Part shown: piece after piece, positions 25,188-32,471 of the stretch
Position numbering within the stretch: the first letter of the stretch is position 1
Layout of the letters: every line of letters begins with the position of its first letter
NCBI GenBank assembly: GCA_021323795.1
Contig: JAJPKH010000306.1
Location: forward strand, 11,221-75,220
Reading direction: 5' to 3'
Length of the DNA: 64,000 nt
DNA from: Acidiferrobacteraceae bacterium
GTDB taxonomy: Bacteria > Pseudomonadota > Gammaproteobacteria > Acidiferrobacterales > Sulfurifustaceae
Translations under genes and position numbers: made by a program
Notes under the pieces: model-generated
The model's database searches: none
What the model saw: only the letters and a program-made list of their open reading frames with translations
Told to the model about the DNA's origin: nothing

Positions 25188-25643
25188 ATGAAGATGAAAG
25201 CACTTGTAATCTTGCTTGCCGCCGTCGCATTCGGCGTCGCTGGCGCCGCTGCCCAGGACCGTCCTATGGAGCAGGACCGCCCGGCGCAGCAGGATCGCCC
25301 GCGGGGGCAGGACGGCATGATGGGGCAAGGTGGGATGATGGGCCAGGGCGGGATGATGGGGCAGGGACAGCGCCGCATGCCGAACCTCAAGGAGCTGCCA
25401 GCCGAGCGGCTGGTGAAGTCGGTACGCTACTGCGACCGCAAATACTTCGTCACTAACACGGCCGGCGATGTGTTGGAGTTCAGGGATTTCGACCTGCGCT
25501 TCAAAACCGACGCCGGCGACCAGGGGCCGCGCCGTGGCGCGCCGGCGCTGCTGCCGGCCGGCATGATGGGCGATCGGGCGTTTTTGATTTTCTCGGATCC
25601 CGGCGACATCAGTAGATACATCGAGAAAAAATGCAGCGGATAA
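25188..25643 (+). CDS. Secreted protein with QDRP repeats, GMMGQG repeats and an uncharacterised ~75-aa two-Cys C-terminal domain
   Basis: Signal peptide, then QDRPMEQDRPAQQDRPRGQDGMMGQGGMMGQGGMMGQG. The C-domain VRYCDRKYFVTNTAGDVLEFRDFDLRFKTD...GDRAFLIFSDPGDISRYIEKKC is shared with 26546-27235. Confidence 0.65.
   Translation: MKMKALVILLAAVAFGVAGAAAQDRPMEQDRPAQQDRPRGQDGMMGQGGMMGQGGMMGQGQRRMPNLKELPAERLVKSVRYCDRKYFVTNTAGDVLEFRDFDLRFKTDAGDQGPRRGAPALLPAGMMGDRAFLIFSDPGDISRYIEKKCSG
25314..25367 (+). repeat. Three tandem 18-nt units encoding GMMGQG
   Basis: ggcatgatggggcaaggt / gggatgatgggccagggc / gggatgatggggcaggga, in frame with the CDS. Confidence 0.8.
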
Positions 25644-25945
25644 GCGCTGCCATACCGGCGCTACGCATGGGAAGCGGGCTTCACCGCGCGATACGTGAGG
25701 CCTCGCGGAGCCGGTCACGCACTGCAGCGGAGATGGTCGATCGTGCGAAGCTGAGCGCTCGGCGCTTTGGCGAGGGGGCCATCAATCAGGCCCGGCCAGT
25801 GGCATCACGTTTGCGAAAACCCTAGCACGAAATGGGTCTCGTGCCGAACCGGAGCGGGCCTTGGGACGCGCAACGCGTTCATCGGCGACCGGCGTGCACA
25901 GGGAGGTTTTGTTTGGGGTAGACGTTTCGAACTGTGGAGGTTGTC

Positions 25946-26302
25946 ATGGATATCAAGCATGTCATTGCCATCTTCCCGCGCGATCGGCTCGAGGCGGTCG
26001 AGCAAAGGCTGCAGCGGATCAATGTCGAGCGCGTCGATGTCTGCAAGGTCAGGGGATACGGCGAGTATCGCAATTTCTACACGCGGGACTGTATGGTCGA
26101 CGAAGTGAGAATGGACATCTTCACGTGGCAGGACGAAGTCGACCGTATCACGGCGGCGATCATGGACGGCGCGCATACGGGTGCGCCCGGCGACGGCGTC
26201 GTCGCCGTCGTCCCGGTAGAAAAGTTCTTTTTGATCCGCACGCGCGCCGAGGCGACCCCCGAACAGTTCTGGCCCAAGGACGCGGGAGGGACATCGGCAT
26301 GA
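25946..26302 (+). CDS. PII (GlnB)-like small signalling-fold protein in a metal context
   Basis: MDIKHVIAIFPRDRLEAVEQRLQRINVERVDVCKVRGYGE...GAPGDGVVAVVPVEKFFLIRT follows the PII beta-alpha-beta pattern, including the GDG(K/V) box. GGAGG RBS. Confidence 0.78.
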   Translation: MDIKHVIAIFPRDRLEAVEQRLQRINVERVDVCKVRGYGEYRNFYTRDCMVDEVRMDIFTWQDEVDRITAAIMDGAHTGAPGDGVVAVVPVEKFFLIRTRAEATPEQFWPKDAGGTSA

Positions 26303-26544
26303 AAAACGCGGCGGTTCTGACCACGGCAAGCGATCCTGTTTGCGGCATGACGGTGAATCCGTCAACGGCCGCGCAGCGCGCGGAACACGCCGGCGTCACC
26401 CGTCATTTTTGCGGTGCAGGTTGCGCCGCCAAATTCCGCAAGGATACGGCTGCGCCCTGCCGAAGTGCGGCATGGCGCTCAAGCCGGCCGCACCTGCTGC
26501 TGCGCATCCGCGCCACGGCGGCACCACGACACGAAGGAGGATAG
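26299..26544 (+). CDS. YHS/TRASH-domain metal-binding protein. The C-terminal part is of doubtful frame.
   Basis: SDPVCGMTVNPSTAAQRAEHAGVTRHFCGAGCAAKFRKD is a YHS domain. ATGA overlap with the PII-like gene. The tail is Arg-rich, whereas an alternative frame reads GCALPKCGMALKP. Confidence 0.65.
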   Translation: MKNAAVLTTASDPVCGMTVNPSTAAQRAEHAGVTRHFCGAGCAAKFRKDTAAPCRSAAWRSSRPHLLLRIRATAAPRHEGG

Positions 26545-26545
26545 G

Positions 26546-27235
26546 ATGACCCGCTCCTGGCAGCACATTCTTCTCGCGTCCGCTTTTCTTATGGCGTCGC
26601 CGGTATCCGCCGCCGGCGATCCCGAGAAAGGCGCGCAAGCCTACGGTGTTTGCGCCGGATGCCACGCGCTCGAACCCGGTCGACACTTGAGCGGCCCGAG
26701 CCTCGCGCGCATCTACGGCCGCAAGGCGGGAACGGTGGAAGGGTTCGTACGGTATTCGAAAGCCCTTAAACAATCGAAGATCGTCTGGGATGAGAAAACG
26801 CTCGATGCCTGGATCAAGAAGCCGGACGCGCTGATCCCCGAGAACCTGATGCCGTTTCCCGGAATCCCGGATGCGCAGGCACGCGCCGATCTCGTGGCGT
26901 TCCTCAAGAACGCCGGAGCCAAAGGCGGAACCGCCGGCGCACCGGCGGAGGGAAAGAGGCAGACGCCGGACCTGCCACACCTCAAGCAGGCTCCCGCCGA
27001 AAATCAGGTCAAGGCGATACGCTATTGTCGCGATTCCTATTTCGTCACGGTCGCAACCGGCAAAGTCTTACCGTACTGGGAATTCAACTTGCGCCTGAAA
27101 ACGGACTCGAGCGCGAATGGTCCGGCGAAAGGCAAGCCGGTACTGACCGGCGCCGGCATGCGCGGCGACCGCGCCTCGATCGTATTCGCGAACCCGGCGG
27201 AGATCAGCCGCTTCGTGCAGCAACGCTGTGAGTAG
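26546..27235 (+). CDS. Cytochrome c2-like domain fused to the same uncharacterised two-Cys C-terminal domain as 25188-25643
   Basis: Signal peptide, CAGCHALEP haem site, and LMPFPGI distal Met. C-domain IRYCRDSYFVTVATGKVLPYWEFNLRLKTD...GDRASIVFANPAEISRFVQQRC. AGGAGG RBS. Confidence 0.8.
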   Translation: MTRSWQHILLASAFLMASPVSAAGDPEKGAQAYGVCAGCHALEPGRHLSGPSLARIYGRKAGTVEGFVRYSKALKQSKIVWDEKTLDAWIKKPDALIPENLMPFPGIPDAQARADLVAFLKNAGAKGGTAGAPAEGKRQTPDLPHLKQAPAENQVKAIRYCRDSYFVTVATGKVLPYWEFNLRLKTDSSANGPAKGKPVLTGAGMRGDRASIVFANPAEISRFVQQRCE

Positions 27236-27356
27236 CGATGGCTGGCGGCGTGCTGCCGGACCTGTAATAAGGTGCGACAAAACGCCGCACGCCTCGCTAC
27301 ACCCATTGCGTAACAATACTCATCCGCTTTTTCCAACTCTAAGACGGAGGTGAACG

Positions 27357-28403
27357 ATGGTGCTGCTCGTCATTTCTAAACGGCAGTTGGCTTGCGTAGC
27401 GGCGCTCGCGCTGCTGCCGGCGATCACCTGGGCGGATCATCGGGTCGGGGTTTTCGGCCCAAGCGCAGGCGGTCCGGTGGTAACGCCGACGGCGAATACA
27501 CTGCCCGCCGGCAACTGGAGTCTCGGTATCTACAACGAATATCGACGTTTCGATACGCCAAACCGAAATGCGCTACAGGCACAAGCCGCCGCGGAGGGCG
27601 GTCACGTGCACAGCCTGCGCGATCTTTGGTCGCCCTCGCTCGCCGTCTCCTACGGGCTCGATGATCGCGTTACGCTGGCGGCTGCGTTGCCCTATGTGAA
27701 GCGAAGCGGTCTCCAAGAGGCCCACGTACACGCCAGCGGAACCACCGGGGTGCATGAACTGGGCGACTCGGCGGGACTCGGGGATATCAGCCTTACCGGG
27801 TACTGGCGCTTCTGGGAGAACCGCCGTGGCAGCGCGGCCGCGTTGAGTTTCGGCACCTTTCTGCCGACGGGCGCGACGGACGAGCGCGACGAAGAAGGCG
27901 AGCGCCTCGGCACCGAGCACCAACCGGGCAGCGGCGCCTGGCGGCCCTTTGCCGGCGTGACGGTTAGCCGCGAGCTGGCCGCGCTCGGATGGCACGCTCA
28001 CCTGCGTTACACCTGGGCGACGGAAGGCGCGCAAGAGACGGACTTGGGGGATAGGATCGATTACGGCGTGGCGCTCAGCTATCGGCTCACGGGGACAACC
28101 GAACAACCGGCGCCCCACGAACATGGGCCGGGTGCAAGCGACCACCATCACCAAGACGATGAACACCTGCAGTGGGATCTGTTGCTCGAGCTCAACGGCG
28201 AATACCAGCGGCCGCAGCGGATCGGCGGCATGGCGGAAGGCGGGAGCGAGCGCATCGTATATCTGGCTCCCGGCTTGCGGGCTACCGGAAACAGCGGTTG
28301 GACGGCGGCGTTGTCGCTCGGCGTGCCCGTAAGCCAACAGGCCGGAGCAGGTCACATCGAGACGGACTGGCGTGCGCTGGCGACGGCGGGCTATGCGTTC
28401 TAG
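27357..28403 (+). CDS. Outer-membrane beta-barrel protein (MetA-pathway/transporter-like) with His-rich loops
   Basis: Signal peptide ...LLPAITWA, alternating beta-strand pattern, loop HEHGPGASDHHHQDDEH, and terminal aromatic residues ...TAGYAF. Confidence 0.68.
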   Translation: MVLLVISKRQLACVAALALLPAITWADHRVGVFGPSAGGPVVTPTANTLPAGNWSLGIYNEYRRFDTPNRNALQAQAAAEGGHVHSLRDLWSPSLAVSYGLDDRVTLAAALPYVKRSGLQEAHVHASGTTGVHELGDSAGLGDISLTGYWRFWENRRGSAAALSFGTFLPTGATDERDEEGERLGTEHQPGSGAWRPFAGVTVSRELAALGWHAHLRYTWATEGAQETDLGDRIDYGVALSYRLTGTTEQPAPHEHGPGASDHHHQDDEHLQWDLLLELNGEYQRPQRIGGMAEGGSERIVYLAPGLRATGNSGWTAALSLGVPVSQQAGAGHIETDWRALATAGYAF

Positions 28404-28705
28404 CTGTATCAGCGGCTTGCCGCGAGGGGTTGGCAGTTCCTCTATCGCGTTAGGACGGCCTCCGATCAAGGATAACGGCCGATAACTCGTCGAAGCAACT
28501 TGCTCCATGCCGATCGGCATTTTAAAAGAGATCGAATTCCCAGAATGAACTATTCTGATGTCGCCCTTGGCTGTCATCCCAACGTTCGGGGAACCTACTA
28601 TTCATATGCCGCTCTAACCACGCTAGTATACCGACAATCGAACGATAATGAGGTTACCGTACCGTAGCGCGGAAGCGTATTACGCTCCGGTTTGTATAGC
28701 GGAAT

Positions 28706-29098
28706 ATGAAGAAGAATAGTAAGCAAGCGCGCATTGGCCTGGTGTTGGCGATTTCGCTCATGATGGCGGTACAGCCGGCCTGGGCAGGCGTTTGCGCTAT
28801 ATCCGCGTCGTTACCGGCTTGTGGTCAGGACGGACACGAGTCGCACTCGCACGATGCTTCGACTGCATCCCAGGACAGCGCTACGAACGAACACTTCGGC
28901 GCCGGCGGAAAGCAGCCGGCGTCGCAGCACGGCGGATTGAGCTGTCCGGCGTCGGCCGGCTGTGCCTTGGCCGTGCTCGTGCTGCCGCAATCGCTCTTGT
29001 CTCACTGCATTCCTCCCGCGTCCTCTGTGCCCCTGTACACCGCCGATGGTATGACGTCGGTGGACGGCCCGCCGCCCTTCCGACCTCCAATCGCCTAG
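28706..29098 (+). CDS. Small secreted/membrane Cys/His-containing protein heading the cus operon
   Basis: 130 aa with a signal-like N-terminus, GHESHSHD, several Cys, a second hydrophobic segment CALAVLVLPQSLL, and the ending GPPPFRPPIA. Confidence 0.45.
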   Translation: MKKNSKQARIGLVLAISLMMAVQPAWAGVCAISASLPACGQDGHESHSHDASTASQDSATNEHFGAGGKQPASQHGGLSCPASAGCALAVLVLPQSLLSHCIPPASSVPLYTADGMTSVDGPPPFRPPIA

Positions 29099-29166
29099 CG
29101 AAACGTCAGACCGGGCGTTTGCCCGGATAACTTTCGTTTACCTATTTTTTCCGCCTGGAGGTTGTT

Positions 29167-29613
29167 ATGCACACCAAGCTTTTGCTGTGGGCGTTTGCCG
29201 CCCTTTCCATTGTTACGTTCGCCTATGCCGCCGACTCGAAGTCCGAGATGGGCGACTGCAAACACCCCTGCCCAATGATGTCGGATAGTTCCAAGATGGA
29301 CAACATGCACCAGGGAATGGGCATGGACGATAACAAAAAAATGGACGACATGCCCAAAGGCATGGACATGGGCAACAAGAAGAAGGCCGGACAGGAATAT
29401 TCGACCAAAGGTAAGGTCGTCGCGGTTAAAGATTCCGGTATCGCCATCGCCCACGAGCCGGTGCCGGCGCTCAAGTGGCCGGCCATGTCGATGGACTTCG
29501 GACTTGCCTCGCCCAACTTGGCGAAGGACGTAAAGCCGGGCGACAGCGTGTCGGTCCGGTTCGTGGAGCGCAACGGCAAGTACGTCGTGACTCAACTCAC
29601 GAAGGCCAAATAA
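29167..29613 (+). CDS. cusF: CusF-type periplasmic Cu(I)/Ag(I) chaperone with a Met-rich N-terminal extension
   Basis: IAIAHEPVPALKWPAMSMDF is the CusF signature. It is preceded by MMSDSSKMDNMHQGMGMDDNKKMDDMPKGMDM. Confidence 0.88.
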   Translation: MHTKLLLWAFAALSIVTFAYAADSKSEMGDCKHPCPMMSDSSKMDNMHQGMGMDDNKKMDDMPKGMDMGNKKKAGQEYSTKGKVVAVKDSGIAIAHEPVPALKWPAMSMDFGLASPNLAKDVKPGDSVSVRFVERNGKYVVTQLTKAK

Positions 29614-29682
29614 GTGACTGGCGCAGACGATGTCGCTTTACCGATTTACGGTAGGGCGACGTCGGCTGCCGAGAGGTGAATC

Positions 29683-30951
29683 ATGCGTACTACCGTGCTC
29701 CTCGCCGGCGCAGGACTGACTTACGTCCTGTGCTCTGCCGCGATCTCGTCTGAACCTAATACGGAACCGCTCACGCTCGAAGAGGTGGCGGGGCTCGCGC
29801 TCGAACACCAGCCTAACCTCGACGCCTATGCAAAAGCGTCCGATGCGGCACGCGAAGCGGCGGTGGCCGAATCGAAGCTGCCGGATCCGCAGCTGAAGTT
29901 CGGAGTGCAAAACGTCCCCGTTAACGGCGAAGGCGCGTATCGCTTAAATCGCGAAGACATGACCATGGTCGCGGTCGGTGTCATGCAGGAAATCGTGCGC
30001 CAGCCGGTGCGAGCCGCGGCCGCAAACCGCATGCAGGCCGAGAGCGAGCAACTGCAGGCCGAGCGTGCGGCCGAAGCGCGCCGCGTGGTGCGCGATGCCA
30101 AGCTCGCCTGGGTCGACGCCTACGACGCCGCTAAGCGTGCGTCGCTCTACGCGCGCATGGCGACCGAGCTCGCCGCCGAACGGAACATCGCCCTAAAACG
30201 CATTCCGTCCGGCGCCGCGGAGACGCGCGATTTGTTTCAACTCGACACCCTGCTCGCGATGACGAACGACAAGCGTCTCGCGACGGAAAACGCCGCGCGT
30301 AAGGCGCAAGCGCAGTTGTCCCGATGGCTCGGCCCCTCCGCCTTTCGGCCGTTGTCGGAAGAACTGCCGGAGCCACGCTTTCCGGAAACCAAGGCGTCTC
30401 CATCCGGGGAGGGTGCGCTTATTGCACATCCGCAACTCGCCGCGCTGCGCAAGACCGAAGATGTCGCCCGTTTCGAGGTCGAACGCGCACGCGCCGAACG
30501 CAGCCCGAACTGGAGTTGGGAGCTTATGTATGGCAAGCGCCAAGACGATCGTTCGGACCTGGTGACGTTGCAGTTTGCCCTGCCGTTGCAATGGAACCGA
30601 GCGAACCGCCAAGACCGCCGGCTGGCCGAGAAGCTCGCGCTCGCCGCTCGCGCACAAGGCCTTACGCGCGATCGGGAACGTGAGTTGAACGCGGAATTCG
30701 CCGCGGCGCTTGCCGACCGCGACACCGCGGAAGCACGCGAGCGCGAACATCTCGAACGATTAATCCCCGCGGCGCGGGCGCGGCTTGAGACCGCGCGGGC
30801 TGGCTATGCCGCCGGGAAGCTCGCGCTGGCGACCGTGTGGGAAGCACGCCGGGGTGTGCTCGATGCGGAAATGGAACACTGGATGATTCGAAGCGACTTG
30901 CTGCGTGCCGCGCTGCGGCTCGAGTACCTGTTAGGGGGACAAGAACAATGA
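29683..30951 (+). CDS. cusC: TolC-family outer-membrane factor (CusC-like)
   Basis: 422 aa of OMF coiled-coil repeats. ATGA overlap with cusB. Confidence 0.87.
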   Translation: MRTTVLLAGAGLTYVLCSAAISSEPNTEPLTLEEVAGLALEHQPNLDAYAKASDAAREAAVAESKLPDPQLKFGVQNVPVNGEGAYRLNREDMTMVAVGVMQEIVRQPVRAAAANRMQAESEQLQAERAAEARRVVRDAKLAWVDAYDAAKRASLYARMATELAAERNIALKRIPSGAAETRDLFQLDTLLAMTNDKRLATENAARKAQAQLSRWLGPSAFRPLSEELPEPRFPETKASPSGEGALIAHPQLAALRKTEDVARFEVERARAERSPNWSWELMYGKRQDDRSDLVTLQFALPLQWNRANRQDRRLAEKLALAARAQGLTRDRERELNAEFAAALADRDTAEAREREHLERLIPAARARLETARAGYAAGKLALATVWEARRGVLDAEMEHWMIRSDLLRAALRLEYLLGGQEQ

Positions 30952-32471
30952 CACGCAAGGGAATTTCGGTAATCGCCGTCGCGGCGCTCGTTATCGCCGG
31001 CGCGATTGGCGCGTGGCTTATTTGGGCCGGCGCGCCGGCCGGCTCCTTGGCGGGGCCGTCCAAGGGCGAGAACGTTGACGGTGTCGTGCAGGATGGCTCG
31101 GGCAAGCGGGTACTTTACTGGCATGACCCGATGGTGCCGGGACAGAAGTTCGACAAACCCGGCAAGTCGCCATTCATGGACATGCAGCTCGTACCGAAGT
31201 ACGCCGGTGAAGGGAACGGGGAAAGCGGCATCAAGATTTCCGCGGACGTCGCCCAGAATCTCGGGGTGCGGATCGGGAAGGCCGAGATCACCGCGCTTGG
31301 GAACGATCTGCAAGGACTCGGAACGGTGACGTTCGATGAGCACGATATTCGCTCCGTGCAAACGCGCACAGGCGGCTTTATCGAACGGCTTTATGTGCGC
31401 GCGGTTGGCGACACGGTGAAGGCCGGCCAAAAGGTGGCCGATGTCTATTCACCGGACTTGCTAAGCGCCCAACACGAGTTGCTCGCACTCACCACGCTTA
31501 ACGGAGTGCCCGATCTCGATGCGTTGAAGGCGGCGGCGCGCGAACGCTTACGCTTGCTTGGCATGAACGATGCCGAAATCACGGCGGTTGAAACGGCTGG
31601 CACAGCACGTCGCAGTGTCGGTGTTTACTCCCCGGTCGCGGGCATCGTGCAAGAGCTTGGCATGCGCGAAGGCGCCCAAATGATGCCCGGCCAAACGCTG
31701 TTGCAAGTGGCGGGCCTCAACCGCGTCTGGGTAGTGGTCGATCTGCCGGAGCGCGAGCTCGGGCGTGTACGAGTGGGCCAGACCGCGACGATCCGGTTCA
31801 CCGCCCTGCCCGAGGCAGCCTTCAGCGGCAAAGTGGAATATGTCTATCCGAAGCTCGATCAAGCGGCGCGCACCGGGCAGGTCCGCATTCAACTCCCGAA
31901 CCCCAAAGAGGTCCTCCATCCTGGTATGTACGCGCAGGTCAATCTCGTGACCCAGAAGCGAGAGACCTTAACCGTGCCCTCCGAAGCTGTCATCACGACA
32001 GGCACGCGGGCAGTCGTCATCGTGCGTGAGAACGGCGCGTTTCGACCGGCCGACGTGAAAACCGGCGTCGAGACGGACGGACGCACCGAGATCCTTGCGG
32101 GTCTCAAGACCGGCGAAGCAGTCGTCTTGTCCGGGCAGTTCCTGATCGATTCGGAAGCCTCGCTCAAGGGCGTGCTCGCGCGCCTGAGTGCGCGAGAGGC
32201 GGCCGCTGCCGCACCGAAGCAGGACGTCGCGAATGCAACGGTGTCGAGTACCGCGGTCGTAAAAGAAGTCGATCCTACCAAAGGCACCGTGACCCTCTCG
32301 CACGGGCCGATCCCGGCGATGCAGTGGCCGGCGATGACCATGGGCTTCAAGCTGCGCGATCCGAAAGCGGCCCAGTCGCTCAAGCCCGGCGCCGAGGTCA
32401 GCTTCGAGTTGAAGCGGCAGCCCGAAGGCGACGACTACGTCATCGAGTCGATCAAGGAGGCCGGCAAATGA
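30948..32471 (+). CDS. cusB: Membrane-fusion (periplasmic adaptor) protein CusB with a C-terminal CusF-like domain
   Basis: [27 protein letters not shown] (CusB N-terminal motif) and a barrel-sandwich/beta-barrel core. C-terminal [20 protein letters not shown]. Confidence 0.9.
   Translation: MTRKGISVIAVAALVIAGAIGAWLIWAGAPAGSLAGPSKGENVDGVVQDGSGKRVLYWHDPMVPGQKFDKPGKSPFMDMQLVPKYAGEGNGESGIKISADVAQNLGVRIGKAEITALGNDLQGLGTVTFDEHDIRSVQTRTGGFIERLYVRAVGDTVKAGQKVADVYSPDLLSAQHELLALTTLNGVPDLDALKAAARERLRLLGMNDAEITAVETAGTARRSVGVYSPVAGIVQELGMREGAQMMPGQTLLQVAGLNRVWVVVDLPERELGRVRVGQTATIRFTALPEAAFSGKVEYVYPKLDQAARTGQVRIQLPNPKEVLHPGMYAQVNLVTQKRETLTVPSEAVITTGTRAVVIVRENGAFRPADVKTGVETDGRTEILAGLKTGEAVVLSGQFLIDSEASLKGVLARLSAREAAAAAPKQDVANATVSSTAVVKEVDPTKGTVTLSHGPIPAMQWPAMTMGFKLRDPKAAQSLKPGAEVSFELKRQPEGDDYVIESIKEAGK

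Noticed and set aside
25644-25933. 290-bp gap before the PII-like gene, containing the hairpin GCACGA-N8-TCGTGC
   Set aside because: The stem is only 6 bp with no U-tract, and no promoter consensus could be placed with confidence.
27573-28440. Bulk of the 334-aa minus-strand ORF
   Set aside because: It is antisense to the outer-membrane barrel gene. Only its first ~45 codons (28440-28577, in the AT-rich spacer) look protein-like, and those are reported separately as a possible antitoxin fragment.
28590-28640. tRNA-like string (the reverse complement reads ...GCGTGGTTAGAGCGGC...)
   Set aside because: Only the D-loop-like TGGTTAGAGC matches. I could not fold acceptor, anticodon or T arms around it. 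It is most likely chance, or at best a tiny remnant.
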